Positions 24,440 through 38,515 of a DNA stretch of 64,000 nt are shown one piece after another. The notes under the pieces were generated by a model. That model was given only the letters and a program-made list of their open reading frames with translations, had not been told where the DNA came from and did not search any database. Both the position numbers and the translations under genes were made by a program. Source of the stretch: Balanoglossus misakiensis (taxonomy: Eukaryota; Animalia; Hemichordata); the NCBI GenBank assembly GCA_040954595.2, contig CM082579.2, positions 11,719,834 through 11,783,833 of the forward strand. Direction: 5' to 3'. Numbering within the stretch: the first letter of the stretch is position 1; each line of letters opens with the position of its first letter.

Positions 24440-26400
24440 AGGCCAGCTAGCAGATACAAATGCAAAAATGGAGAGAGAGGAAATTTTTGCTAGTGCTGTG
24501 AATGACAGTGTTGAAAACAAGATGTCCCTCAGAAAGGCAGCAGCGAAATGGAATGTTACACGATCTACTCTTAGTGATCGAGTAACTGGGAAAGTAGAGA
24601 TTGGGAGACGTAGTGAACCACGTCCAATTATGACTACAGCAGAAGAGAAAAGACTGGCACAGTGGATGATAAACATGGGGAAAGAGGCTTTGGAGTCAGT
24701 AAACAGCAGCTGCTTCACACTGTCATATTGATCATAGACAAAGACAAAAGAGATACAATGCTGAAGAAGAATGACCCTCCCAACCTCCCAGGTAATAAGT
24801 GGTACCACCAATTTCTTCAAAGAAACCCTGGGGTGAAGCTAGTTAGTACCAGAAAACTTGATCTCAAGAGAGCTAAAGTATCAGCGTCGGATGTGGATCT
24901 GTGGTTTCGGGACTATGAACAGTTCATCTCAGATCATGAACTTATTGATAAACCAGCACAAATACGGAACTGTGATGAGTCGGGCTTCAGTATGCAGGTG
25001 AAAACTGGCAAGGTGCTTGGTCCTGCAACGAGTGCTGTCAAACGTCCACAGATCACTGCAAACAGCAAGAGTCAAATCACAGCTTTAGCGTGCATAAATG
25101 CGGCTAGCTCATCATTACCACCATTTTACATTTTTCCTCTCAAGAGTGCCCCTAAGTCATGGAATCCACTGGGTGGTGCTGTTGAAGGCTCCAGCTGTTG
25201 TTTTACTGAAAGTGGTTGGATGGAAACTCAAGCTTTTTACTCGTGGTTGGCCAACCACTTCATACCCAACATCCCACCAGCAAGGCCAGTAGTGTTACTG
25301 TATGATAGTCACATTCCCCACCTTGACTATGAATTATTCAAGCTGGCTGAAGATCACCAGATCCTTTTGTACAGGTTGCTTCCTAATGCTTCACACTTTC
25401 TTCAGCCAATGTGATGTGTCTTTGTTTGGCCCGTTAAAAGCATCCTGGAACAACGAAGTAAGGAAGTTTATGGCTGAAAATCCTGGTGACCAAGAAGACC
25501 TTTGCAAGAGTATTTCGGCCAGTTTGGCAATGCAGTGCTACCATGAATAACATCACAACTGGTTTCATCCGATCAGGAATACATCCCCTTGATCGCTCTA
25601 AGATCTCAAGTTCCCTTTTGCTCCCTTCTCTCACATGTAAAAGTAATACTGCAGCGCAAGTTGAAGATGAGAAAATCAAACATCAAGAAGAGTTCATCAG
25701 TAAGACTGCAGCCAGCTTACTTGATATCGTGGAAGAGGTCATGTCAACCCCTGAGTAGGAAAAGTACAAGAGAAGGATTGAGGAAGGCTACGATTTGGAG
25801 GGAAGTCCTTGTTACCGTATTTGGAAGAAGGCGTATAGTGCATCAAAGGGAATCCAGTCCAATACTGAGAACACTTCACTTGATGCTGTACAAGGAACTT
25901 CAGATATGGGTACTTCAGATGCCAGTCCAACATCTGTGCCATTTCACCCAGTCCCAAGCACATCTACTGAAACTTCCCAGCAACTTAATGGTAAGGGTGA
26001 AAGTACCAGCATCCAGACCACATCCGTAGATCAAACAAGTGGACTTGATCAAGGAGATGATACTACAAGTACACCAAGTAGAATCATCCAAACCAAACCA
26101 ACACCTTTTGACAATAATGTCATTACTCCCCCAGTCAGCAAATTCTGTGACAGTGCATCCACAGACAGAGTGTCTCCAGTTCTGGACCAGGTTCTTCTAT
26201 ACCCAGAGACTGGGAAAAGGAGGAAAAAAGAAACCACAAAACGGACAACTCAGCTTCTCCCAAACGTCTTAAATGGACCAAGCGCCAAGAAACTAATGCA
26301 AAAGGAGCACCTGACCTTTCTGACTACATAACAGATAAAGTTAAGAAGAAAGCAAGAGCTTAAGAAGGAACGTGAAGAAGAGATGGCCAAAAAGAAACTG
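24440..26400 (+). pseudogene. pogo/Fot1-like (Tc1/mariner superfamily) DDE_1 transposase, frameshifted
   Basis: HTH_psq (MSLRKAAAKWNVTRSTLSDRV), CENP-B-type HTH (EEKRLAQW..PGNKWYHQFLQRNP), catalytic NCDESGF / LLYDSH / LQPCDVSLFGPLK spread across shifted ORFs; termini not found. Confidence 0.88.
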
Positions 26401-26870
26401 TGCATTGATATTAGACTTACGTCATTTGTTTACATGTAAATACACTAGTTTTGTTCCCACCCACTACATGGGTGAGGCACTCGCCTCGGCTTGATCTCGT
26501 CTGTCCAATATGTCACTTTCAAACTTCAAAATATTGACTTTTTCCCCCGTAGTTATGTTACAGGTGTACCAAGACAGAGCTACCCACCTTGGCCAGTTTT
26601 TGATGAAAGAGGGGTGGATCTGTAATCCCAGCAGAGTATAGTGTAGCCACCAAGTATGAACATGTTAATGAAGCCAAAAGTGTAATATTGGCAGCCATTG
26701 ATAAAATGGACGAAAAATGCGTTCTTACAGTGGAAGTCTATTAAAGAGACATTAGCTTTTCTCAAAAACATTTTCTCAAAAACATTCCAACAACTTACCA
26801 TATCGCATCTATTTATGTATTTTTTTTTCTTTATTTAATATTTAAGTGAAATGTTTTATAATGGGACATG

Positions 26871-29800
26871 TAGTCTGTGGGCCGAAAGGGTCTTTTGTGT
26901 CAATTTACACTCATGGTCTTACGCACTACTTGAATCCAACGAAATCTTGCAGTTTTAACTCAATAAAATAAGTTTTTAAAAAGTTCAATCACTCTCGGTT
27001 GCACACAGTCGTAATAATCGGCCGTAATTGTTCATATTTTCCGGGGGTTGTTTAAGGTCAGGGGTCGTGAATGGTCTGCCAAGCTACTGTTCAAAGCAGC
27101 CTCGTGATTGGCTGTTTCGCGCCTTGACCAATCAGCGATCGCATCTCATAACAACCAAATATGGCGGACGATGACAACAGACAGTGTGCATGTCACGTTG
27201 CAGATGGCGATAAACAACTGATTAAACCGTTTTCCGATGCGTCATGGGCGAAATTGACAGTATGTGTCGAAAAATGGAAGCAGTTAGATGGATTGGAAAA
27301 AGAGGTTTCCTTTCAATTTGATCCAGATTTGAGAGAGCGACTGGGTTTCCACCCTAGATGCTATCAACGTTTCACAGATAAACATCGTATCAGCCAAGCA
27401 GAGGTGCGCAAAGAGAAAGGTAAACCCAGAAAACCCCCTGTTGCAAATGAGTTCAATGAATCGCAGGGTCTACTGATGGCATTGGACACCAAGTCTCACC
27501 AGCCAAGCGTTCTTTGAGGTCTAAAACTGGCGCTAGTGCCATTATAGAAGCTGGCCGTCGAAGTGTACACATTCTACCCCCCCCCCCCCCCTATATGCTT
27601 GTTGTGCAAGAGCGTGAAATCTAAACGCGACTCATTCACTCAAAAACGATCTGTAGAGAGCCTGACTTCATGTGAAACAGATGGTTCAACACTGATTCAA
27701 GCAGCGGAATTGAAAAAAGATGAGAAACTGCTACTTCAGCTCAGAGATCAAGACTTGGTTAGCATAGAGCTAAAATACCATAAGTCATGCTACAGAAGCT
27801 ATGTCCAATGTGTTACATGCACTTATCAACGGAAATCAGAGGAAGAAAGTGGCATCATGTATGCTCCATCCTTCAAGAAACTATGTACAGAAATAGTGCA
27901 GAAGAGAATAATAGATGGTAATGAAATAATGCGGATGACATCATTAAGAGATATCTTTATCCAGATTATTGGGGAAACAGAGAATATCGATGCATGTACA
28001 TAATTTTTTTTATACAAATATCTCACTAAAGAGAAGACTCCAGAAGAGATTTGGGGAAAGGATAGAATTTCTTTGTCCCAAAAAGAAAATGTGTGAACTT
28101 GTTGTAGCCAAGAAAGAATCTGCTGCTCATCTTCTGGATGTGTTAAATACAGATTCAGAAAATGAAGGTGAAGATGATGACACTGACACTGTACAACAGT
28201 CAGAAGGTGCCAACAATGAAATGCGTGAATTGTTCCATGCATAAATGCGCATTCGTGACATTCTTAAGAAAGTTGATGGTGTTAAAGTATGGCCTCCAAA
28301 GGCTGAAGATCTAACAATACAGCAGACTGAAAACATGATACCTGTCACACTTTTCAACTTCCTGGCTTGGTGTACCGGTTCATCAAATGACTTTCTGGAC
28401 AAAGAGCGTGTTGAAGTACCTCCAGACATTAAGAATCGGTTGTTAGCTATTTGCCAGGATTTAATATTTGTGTCATCTCAAGGAAGAAAAGTCGCTCCTA
28501 AACACATGGCTCTAGGTATGGCGGTATGTCACTTGACTGGATCTTCGTCTTTGATAGGATTACTAAATGGATTGGGTCATTGTGTGTCACATTCAGTAGT
28601 TTTGCAGCATAACACAGCTCTAGCCCTTCAACAACTACAAGGCGAAAGTATCTCACCAGGGTTTAGTAAAGAAGTGTTTACCACATTAGTTTGGGACAAC
28701 AATGACTTTGGTGAAGAAACTTTGAGTGGTGAGTACACATACATGTATTCTTATTTAAATCCATGTACAAGGTTTTTTGTTGTTGCACCACTTCCAACTG
28801 TCGAGGTACTAAGAAAGGCTGTTTTAATATTTTTTTAAATGTAAATGTATTCTTGTCTATTATGATCCATGTGCATTTACCAATATAGTAATTTTAATAT
28901 TGTACAATCATTTTCATGTTTTATTAGGAAAAGGAACAACTCACAACACGAATGGAATAATTATACAGAGAAATCAGGCGGGTGATGATGGAAGTGACAG
29001 TTACTTCCACCAATCCAGTCGCAGTTGCCAAGTCCAAGCAAAGAACATTACAAGTTCCACCAAGCAATATTATTGAGTATCATGGACGACCTCGCCATGG
29101 CCCATCACCCTCAGGTTGTACATGATAAAGCTAGCTACATCATCATTGTGTTCATTGAAGTTGTTGGATTTGGTTATTGTTGTAAGTAATAAAATGCATG
29201 AATGCATGATCATGTTTTTTGTGTGAATTATGAACTTTGTTTAGTTAAAGACTTGTTACCAATACTTTTTAATATATTTCTGCCCATTCTCAGTACTTCA
29301 GATTTGCTTGACCATCATGACACATATATGTTTAGCCCTATAGAGTTAACTTTACTGAATAGTGTTAGCATTATTTCTAGTTGTTGCCACTAACCTAATC
29401 ATCATTTGATATTAACACTATTATTTGCATGATGCGTTGGAAGTATTACTAAATCAACCATAAACAGTTTATTTTTACATATTTATATGTGATCAAATAT
29501 GCATCTAAGGCATTAATTCAATGACAAGATCATACAAATAATGTGGTCCAAACTCACCACATTGTTGTTGCAATGTGTGTGCTTCAACTTAAATTGATTG
29601 CAGCTGTTAGTAGTTAAAACAGTCAAAAGCTTACTACATTTGCGTAGCACCAACTAGCGGCTAAAATAATGCAACTTATAGCCACATTCTAAACATTGCT
29701 ACAGGAGTGTAGTGTCTAGCTGATGCTCTAATTGCTTGATTGTTTGCATAAATTTAATATTTGTACAATTCCATAAGGTGTTTTTTTAACAAGTTGACTC

Positions 29801-32730
29801 CCTTGAACATTACATTTTATTAGGTATCGACATTGAGTTTGCTGATGCAACACTGGAAGAGCAACCTTTGAGAAAGGACATGGCTTTTTGGATGTGCAAG
29901 ACTGTCCAGGTGTGTGTTACATTTTTTCGCTAATGCCCATTCAATAACCAAAGTTAACATTTCAAATTTCATCTCTAATTTTGGAGAACACACACAAAGA
30001 CAAATGAAGTAACATATTGTTTTCAATAAGTAATTGCAAACTTTAGTTTTTTATGTGAAATAAAGTGTGATTTATAATCATATTCCATTGAAATATTGCC
30101 AATTTAAAAAAAATGCAGGATGGGTATTTTTTTTTCTCCTCATGCAGGTTGAAGAAGGGATAACCATGCCATCATGGACTGGATTCAACCAGCAACTGTC
30201 AGGAAGCAGCATTCCACCTGTCAGCAAAAGTGGTTATCTACCAATTATAGATGCCAGCCCAACAGAAATGTCCACTGTAAACACAATTCTCAGTAGAAGT
30301 ATTGACTTAGCTGATAAACTATGTTTACAGAGTGTTGTTCTTAATATGGATCAGGCAATTTATTCAAAGGCACAGGAGATACGCTGGCAGAGTGAAGAAT
30401 TCACCAGTCGCCTTGTGCTACGTCTGGGAGAAATTTATACGGCAATGTCCTTCCTTGCAACAGTGGGGAAGCGATTCAGAGATGCTGGTCTTGAAGATAT
30501 CATGATTGAGTCTGGTATTCTGGCCCAGGGTTCAGTAAATGGTGTGATGAGTGGCCACCATTATAACAGAAGCATTCGCTGCCATAAGTTAGTCGCTGAA
30601 GCCATGCACCGTCACCGTTTTAATGAATTTCTTGATGGCTTACCAGGAGATGAGCACTTGACAGCTATTGGTACCCTCATTCAATTATATGAAAGTTACC
30701 CAGAAACCTTCAACGTTGAAGTAAATACAGAAAGTGTTAACAACCTCCAACTTCAGTACAGGTGCCACATTCAGAGGTGCCGTGTAAATAATGTCAACAA
30801 TGACTTTTGGAGTTCGTATTTGGATATGGTGCAGCTGGTGCTATTCTTCATAAGAGCAACACGTGAGGGGGAATGGCATTTACATCTATGTGCCATAAAA
30901 AAGATGCTACCATGGTACTTTGCATATGGCCGAGTAAACTACTCCCGCTACCTTCCAGTCTACCTTCAGGAGATGTTGGCTCTACCACAAACCCACCCCA
31001 CTGTCTATGAGAAGTTCTGTGATGGTGAATTTGCCGTACAGCGATCTGATGACCATGCATTTTCCATGACTGCTTGTGATCAAGTCATTGAACAAACTTT
31101 CAATCGGGAGTCGAAGACTAAGGGTGGCCTGGTAGGCTTCACCCAAAACAAGGGTGCACTCAATCGCTGGATTTTAAGTCATCCCTCTCGTTCTGCCATC
31201 ACCAATGCCCTTTACTCACAAGCTGGTAAGACAGGGAAGCAATCAGATCATAAAGATCTGAGAAAGACAAGGATGGCCAAAGATGAGTCAGATGTACAGG
31301 AGGTAATGTCAAAACTTACTACTATGGGGTCACCATTTGTTGCTGATTGTGATAATCAGCTGGTTCATCTGACATCTGGTGCACTTGCCAGTGGAGACAT
31401 CAAAACAAATCTGCTAAGTGCCTACACAAAAGGCCAAGATGCCTACTTACAGTTCCAGGAAGAGCGTCTGTCAGAAGGAACAAAGGATTTGTTCGAAAAG
31501 ATGAAAGTCTTGAAGTTGAAAACTTTTGCAGACCTATCTAGGAAGCCAAAGTCAAAAGTCACACTCAGTTCTCTCTCCATAAAGGAAAATAGAAATCTTC
31601 TGGGTAGAATGTTAATAATTGCACAGGTCAGACATCTAGATCTCCATGAAGTTTTGATGTACCCCCTTGTCCCTGTACCTGCAGTGTTTGCTAATTTCGA
31701 TGAAAGCATGACAAAAACAAACAAAGCTGTCCTTGCACACTTAATGGAAGCAAGAAATCCTGAAGCAGTTGTTGACCTCAGCCTTGATGGAAATACTGCC
31801 ATCATTGTCGATGCCATGGCAATGATACAAATGCAAGTTAAGCTACCTGCTACCTTTGGGGAATTTGCATCGAGCCTTTTCTACCAAATTAGAGCAATTG
31901 CATTGAAACATGGTGCTGCCAGAATCGACTTCGTCATCGATCAGTACAAAGAAACGTCTATAAAGTCTGCTGAGAGAAGTCGTAGGGCATCAAGTGGTGT
32001 GTACAGTGAGATAAGAATTACCAAACCAGAAATCAAGATGCACAAGAACTTCAAGAAGTTCCTGGCCTCTGGTAAGAACAAGGAGTCGCTCATAAATTTC
32101 CTGTTCGAATCATGGAAGGAATATGATGCAGAATGCTTGCAAGGTGTTACACTGTATGTGACTAAGGGTGAGAGATGCTACAAAATGCAGTCTGTGGATG
32201 GTACGATGAAGATGACTGAGGTGCCAGAATTACACTGTGACCATGAAGAGGCTGACACCAGATTGTTCATTCATGCTCAGCACGCATCCAGTGTTGATAA
32301 GGCAGATAATGTTGTCATTCGCAGCCCCGACACAGATGTCTTTGTGATAGCTCTAAGTTGTGTTCAGCTCCTTCAGACCAAGCTGTTCCTTCACCAAACC
32401 AGCAAAAATGGCAGAGTGTTACATATTAACCAAATACAAGAGACTTTAGACAACACAACTGCACAAGCTCTTGTTGGGCTCCATGTGTTCTAAGGATGTG
32501 ATAGTGTTAGTGCTTTCCGGGGCAAAGGCAAAAAGAAAATGGTGAACATGTTGCTACACAGCAGTGCCTACACTGAGACATTCGAACAGTTAGGTGAATC
32601 GTGGACATTATCTGAAGAATTGATGACACGATTAGAGGCATTTGTATGTGACTTGTATGGGCAGAAGACAAGTACTAACATTAATGAGGCCAGATATAAC
32701 TGCTTCCGCTTAGGGCTGCATATGCTTACT
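26871..32730 (+). mobile_element. AcademX DNA transposon, 3'-truncated
   Basis: Contains the Academ-type gene below; TAGTC at 26871 is a tentative left terminus; no right end, since the coding sequence stops at the MITE. Confidence 0.6.
27161..32730 (+). pseudogene. AcademX transposase-XPG/FEN nuclease fusion, spliced, disrupted
   Basis: Exons 27161-28728, 28928-~29115, 29824-29909, 30148-32730. Motifs: FHPRCY, KYHKSCY, WDNNDFGEETLSG|KGTTHNTNGIIIQ, DQAIYSKA, FIRATREGEWHLHL, DQVIEQTFN; XPG motifs HEEADTRL, SPDTDV, H.F*GCDSVSAFRGKGK. Several stops and frameshifts. Confidence 0.85.
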
Positions 32731-32732
32731 TA

Positions 32733-33533
32733 GGCTGCATTCACAAACACCTCTGGAGGGGGGGGCGGGAGAATTCAATTTTTTTTACCGCTAATTTTCA
32801 CATGCCCCCCTTCTGAACTGCCAATATTTTCAAATCCCCCCCTTCCGAACTGCCAAAATTTTGAAATCCCCCCCCCCATTTTCTTTCACAGAGCAAAACA
32901 CATCACCTATCTATCTTGTAAAAAGAAAAACAGCGCTCCCATGAAAAGAATTTGAAACTGATGTTTCCCCTCATCAGTGGGTATTAAAACTGAACATTGT
33001 TTTTATTTTTTAAGTACATATATTTGTATTCTGTGTTGGGAGACATTGTAAACCGAGAATTGAAGGGGGTGGGTTTGGGAGGGGGTGTCCCCCTCCCACG
33101 TAAGAACATTTTCTAAAATACAGAGCTCAAAGCTGCATTTTAATGAACCTGGCAAAAGCAAATTAACTCAACTACCGGTATGTTGGGGAGGACAAATTTA
33201 ACCGTCGCCGCTCAAAGTTATCATGGGGTGGGGCAAGTCCCCTGACCTGGGACACTAGATAAACCAGTCAATGATTGAAAGGTGTTGATGAATGGAGGGG
33301 GTGGGTGTGGGAGGGGGTGTCCCCCTCCCACATTAGAAAATTTTGTAAAATAAAGGGCGCGAAACTGCATTTTTGTGGACTCAAAATAAATATTTAGTCG
33401 TTAAAGTTTTCAAGTCCCCCCCTTTCAGTCCCTAAATTATTTCAAATCCCCCCCCTTACATACCCTCAATTTTTTCAAATCCCCCCCCTCAATTCTCCCG
33501 CCCCCCCCTCCAGAGGTGTTTGTGAATGCAGCC
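32733..33533. mobile_element. PIF/Harbinger-like MITE (TTA TSD), copy 2
   Basis: Same TIRs as 18871-19652; interior is the reverse complement of copy 1; TTA flanks. Confidence 0.88.
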
Positions 33534-33536
33534 TTA

Positions 33537-35676
33537 CCCATTATTACACCAACTAAGTAATAATCATCAGATAAATGCTCCTTCAATCCAGCATCAAAAT
33601 AGTTTTCCTTTATCTGGAGCAATGCCAGTCTAAAAAATTCCTTTCTTGGCCCACCGTAATCCAGCGCTTTCTACAAATGAAAGAAACAGTACCTATGTCA
33701 TTATTAATGATTATGTGGATAAATTTAAAGGATTTTGGCCCTGGTACTTCTGAGATATTTGTTTGAAGCGATAAGCACACAAACAGCGCAATCTCTAAGT
33801 CACACTTTCAGCCATATATGTGCGTGTGTAAATTGGAGGTGACTGTATACCTTTAAGCTTTAAATGAAATTTTAAGAAATCCCACTCTGTTTGTATTTGG
33901 GTGCTAATGTCTGGGCCAGAGGGGAGTATTTTCAGAATTTTGAAATCAAGAAATAAAATGCAAGCTACTGACATGCACCAATCTCAGCTGACAAAAGTGA
34001 CTGGTCCCTTCCCTCATCATAGAATCCAACTTCAAGCGTTATGCGGAAGTCTTTGATTTCTCTAATTTCATCAAACGCTGTATTCAGAAGATCGCTTCGA
34101 TCAACCAGTATATAGTTTGTTTCTCCCCCCTCATAAGATTCCAGTGATGTCACATCTAGCTTTTGGCCTTTCAGTAATTTACTTTGATGGTACCGCAAAA
34201 CTTCAACAGGATCGGAAATGTTGTTTTGTTGACAGTAGTTAACAGTCCCCTGTACGAGGGAATCAACTGTCATCTCTTCTGCTTCTCCACTACTTCTTCA
34301 ATATCATGCCTTGCAAATTCTACTGTTGGTATTTCTGCTGAAGTTATCTGCACACAAAAAGGGGACAAAATGTTTGACTTATAAATATACGCTGTAAATG
34401 AAGCTACACAGTAAAACAGACTGCTAAATTTACAACTGCTGAAAGAAAATATAACCTTGGCTTCATCAAAATTTGGCTCAGCTTGTTAATGTTAAGAAAC
34501 AGACAAAAACATAATGATGGACAAAGACAGTGCCAAATTTGAAATGAAAATGCAAGTACATTTTTGAAAAATGAATTGTTTATAATGATTCAACTAATCT
34601 TTGCAACTCCTTTACATTATATTTCACCTTTGAATTATCACAGATGATAGTTTGTTTACATGTACAGGAGTGGACAATGTCCCCTGCAAAAAGGCTGCAT
34701 AATGCAGTATTCATATACAAATTTGTGTTGTGGAAAGAATTGCTACAGGTTACTGGTAGCTATTTTGCACAAGCACATGATTTCCAAGGAGAACACAAAA
34801 ATTTCAACCCGCCTGCGAACTTTGACCCTCACCACACTGTTGTGTGAGGTTCTCATTAGCATATTTACAGTAGTCACTTCCAGCGGGTAGTGCTCGAGCA
34901 CGCTCCTTGGAAAACCGGTTGAAATACGTAAACAGACCATTGTATTTCATAACAAAAGGAGTTTTAGGACCAGAAATAATCAGAGTTCAGGCTGGTATAG
35001 GTTGTTTTATGGAACTATTTTTTTACTGTTGTAATGTAGTGCACCAAGTCGGTGCACTCGAACTTCAAACTAAGTTCAAGTGTTTGTCCGCGGGGATGTA
35101 ATAGTTCAAATCCACCGCAATTTTAAAGCTGTGGAAACCCTACATTCTCCTCCATCAGTGTTTTCACCAGAGTGTCCTCATCCGCATCGGCTTCTCACAG
35201 TATTTTCTTGATTCCGAGTCCAGCTCTGTGGAGTACCTCCTTTTCTGTGGTATTTGGTACTTTGGACGTATTCCTACTCGCTAAGCACACAAAGTCATGT
35301 GTCCATGTTCTGACCAGCTTCTTTGTTTGGCGTTTCCGTTTGCGTGAATTTCCGGTGAGAGCTGATGTACCGCGACCAGGGGGCGTGAAAAGCATATTTC
35401 TACTTTGTAGAATTTGCTGGGCAAGAGGGGAAGACTCACCATTAGAAGGAGAACTGGCCATAATGCCCTCACGATCGCCGTAATGCCCTCACGATCGCCG
35501 TGTTCTTCCACTGACTTGCAAATTTTACGTAGTCTGCTTCGACTTTCAATAGTGGAAACGCCAAGACGTATAAGTTCACCATCTGTGAGAGATGAAACAA
35601 TATCCACTTCTATTCTCTCATCGGCGAACCGCTGTGCCAGGTTTCCGAGACCAGCTCTCTCCAGTATATGGTTCAT
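33537..35676 (-). pseudogene. SAM-domain + G2E3-like HECT E3 ligase gene, truncated and frameshifted
   Basis: MNHILERAGLGNLAQRFADERIEVDIVSSLTDGELIRLGV (SAM); WTHDFVCLA..EKEVLHRAGLG; VDRSDLLNTAFDEI..LEVGFYDE; exon 33671-33537 KALDYGGPRKEFFRLALLQIKENYF (HECT N-lobe), cut by the MITE. Confidence 0.75.
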
Positions 35677-35862
35677 GGTCACCGTTTTAGTATGTAATTT
35701 ATGATCAAACCACAATTCTTTTTCAAAATGTCAACGGGAGGCTCGAGTAAATGGCGTTGGCGCAAAACTTTTCAGTTTACTGTTGCATTATGGGAATTGT
35801 CATAGCCGAAACAGCGCCACCACCACAACAACATAGTAAAGTACCATATAATAATGGTAGTT

Positions 35863-36537
35863 AGGGGTTATTACACGGATTTTGGTCGATAACGCGTCGT
35901 ATTTGAGTGATGTCCGTATTTTGACGAGTTGCGCTTCGCAACGAGTCGAAATACGGACATCACGAGAATGCGTCGCGTTATCGACCAAAATCCGTGTAAT
36001 AACCCCTTTATCATACATGCCTACCTATAAAACAGTATGATTTGCGAAAATGCGCCGAGAAAAACAATTTCAAATTTGAACCAGGCGCTGGGATCATGGC
36101 AGTAGCCATGTTGTGACGTATGACGTGTGGGCCGTAGTATAATTTTAAGGGGGTTGGCAGCTTTCATTACGATGGGCACATCCGCATTCTAAATAAACTT
36201 GTCTACGTTCTCTTTCAAAATATCATGTCAACAATTATTTCGCATTGAGAATTTCGAAGAAGTAAAAATGATTCATTCAACATGGCAAAACCGCCAGCTT
36301 TGAAAACGTTATTTCAGCTTCTAATAACCCAATTTTACAACACCCCTCTCCACTAGCGTCCTATGCCCTGTACGTCGCTCGCACGCGCAGCGAACTGTCG
36401 TGCCGCGCGTTCTCAAAACAATTGTTCGAGACGCGGAGTGTAATACCGTAAAATATCGCGCTCAGTGTAATACCGTAAAATATCTTCGGGGCGAGAACAA
36501 TAGAAAGTGCCAAATACAAGCGTTGCATGTATGATAA
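35863..36537. mobile_element. Non-coding element: 145-bp terminal hairpin plus asymmetric 13-bp inverted repeats
   Basis: Palindrome 35863-36007; ttatcatacatgc (36008-36020) inverted at 36525-36537; same layout as 21442-22246. Confidence 0.6.
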
Positions 36538-36739
36538 TTGCGCATATCATCAACCTGTTTGCACGTATCAAAGACGTGTTTGCGCGTATCATCAACCTGT
36601 TTGCGCTTAAAACCAAAACGATGTGACTTTGATCCCCGAGCTGTGATTTATCAACAAGAAAAGACATAAACTGATTTTAACTTAGAAAGGTTATCTGAAA
36701 TTACAAATAGTAACCGTGGTGTTTAATTGTAAGCCACAG

Positions 36740-37938
36740 GATATCCATATGCCACTCAAACTACTGATGCATTTGATACAGATGAAATTGTCCCATTGAT
36801 ATCACAAGAAATTATTAAAGCAAATTCTGATATAACAGTGAAAGAATTTGAAGAAAAGTTGATGTGTAGAGTTGGTAACATTGATGAAGATACGATTACA
36901 AGAATTTCTGTTGGGACAATTAAAGTAAGAGAAGGTCGCATCACTGCATCAGAGGTTTTTGAATGTATTCATAAAGTTGGAAATGATGGGAATGATGGGA
37001 ATGGTTCTGTGATGTGGTATGCAGAAACATACGAATCAAAAGAAATGCAATCGGAGAAAAGAATGGAGAGAGCAAGCATCAACCATTTCATTGCAGTAGA
37101 TAAAAAAGAACCATAGACAACTCAGTGTACAAGATACTGGATTTCATATATCTGAGGATTTCCCAATCATTGGTTCCTGACCTGATGGTCTTGTTGAGTG
37201 TGAGTGTTGTGATAAAGGTGTTCTGGAAGTAACAAATCCTTATACATCTTTCAACTCAACAAATAGCAGATGAAAAACAGACTTGTCTTATCAAAACAGG
37301 TGATAATGTAAAATTCAATCCCAAACACTCATATTATTCCCAGTTGCAGTGTGAAATATTTGCAACGAAGAGAAATTATGCAAAACTTGTCCTGAGATCT
37401 TGTGCAAAACAAAACAATACACATATTGAGACAGTCCATCATGATAACTTTATAACATCAATGGTTGTGAAATGTAGTCTTTTACAGTGTTGTTATTGTA
37501 CCTGAGCTGTATGACACCGAGGTTAAGCATATCTGTAATGTGAAAATGGTGCAAAAAGTTGTAAATAGCATTGTAAATGAATCGGTCGTCTTGCTTGTCG
37601 TGTGAGCACCAGGGTTATGTCGATGTTGATGCAGAGACGACAGCAAAATCTAGTGATCCTTCCATTAATGACAAAGAGTGTAAGGAACTATCTGTAATTG
37701 ATCAACCAGTTCTGGCAACAGATGGAGGCAATAATGTTCACGTAGGATCTGTAGATGTTTTGTGTGTAATCTGTAAATCTATATGTTCAGAGGAACCTTC
37801 TTCAGATAGTGAACGAAGTATTTGTTGTGATGGCTGCGAAAAGTGGTTTCATTTTGTGTTGAAGTAACTGAAAATGAACGATTTCTGAATATGTAATGCA
37901 CATGGTACTGTTCATATTGCATCCAATCTAAAACATAA
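36740..37938 (+). pseudogene. YqaJ/lambda-exonuclease-like domain + PHD finger (transposon accessory gene), decayed
   Basis: REGRITASEV, (S)PDGLVECECCDKGVLEV, HSYYSQLQCEI, then CVICKSIC..SICCDGCEKWFHF..WYCSYC across frameshifts. Confidence 0.72.
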
Positions 37939-38219
37939 ATGAAAATGACCATTTTTAAAATCAATTACATCCATGTTATGGACTCTCTTTAAGAGTATTG
38001 TTGTCTGATCTAGAGATATGCATGCTTTAGCATTGTGTGTTCATACAGCTGAAAACAGAAAAGGTGACCACTTTGCTTGTCTGATACGCCCATTTCATTG
38101 TCCAGTTCACTCAAGTTGTGAAGATAACACTGCAGGCGAAAGGAATCTGTTCTTTATAGTGTTAGTTACTTGGCTACAGGTCTGACCAATTTTGTGTGTC
38201 TTGTCTGGTCAAATCTCAA

Positions 38220-38515
38220 TGGTTGCGAGAAATCTGCAAGATATTGAATTCTTGCAGTCAGTCGCGAGAAAATAATGTACCCCCTTTGCATCTGTACTCT
38301 TTTCCGGACTTTCACATTGGCTACCCCTGGTTGACTGTGAGAATTAAATTTCTCGCAGATGCAGAGCGAGAAAAGTTAATTCTCGCTGACCTATTGCGAG
38401 AAAACACAATTCTCGCTGACCTATTGCGGGGAGGATTGTGTTGTCGCAAGGTTCTCGCGGAACAGCAAGAAAGTGTCCATTCCTCGCCATTTTCTCGCAC
38501 AATGATGTACTAGTG
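38220..38515. mobile_element. Probable transposon end: TTCTCGC/GCGAGAA subterminal array ending in CTAGTG
   Basis: About ten tctcgc/gcgaga motifs in 300 bp; ends ..gtactagtg (CACTAG on the - strand); no partner end in the window. Confidence 0.4.
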
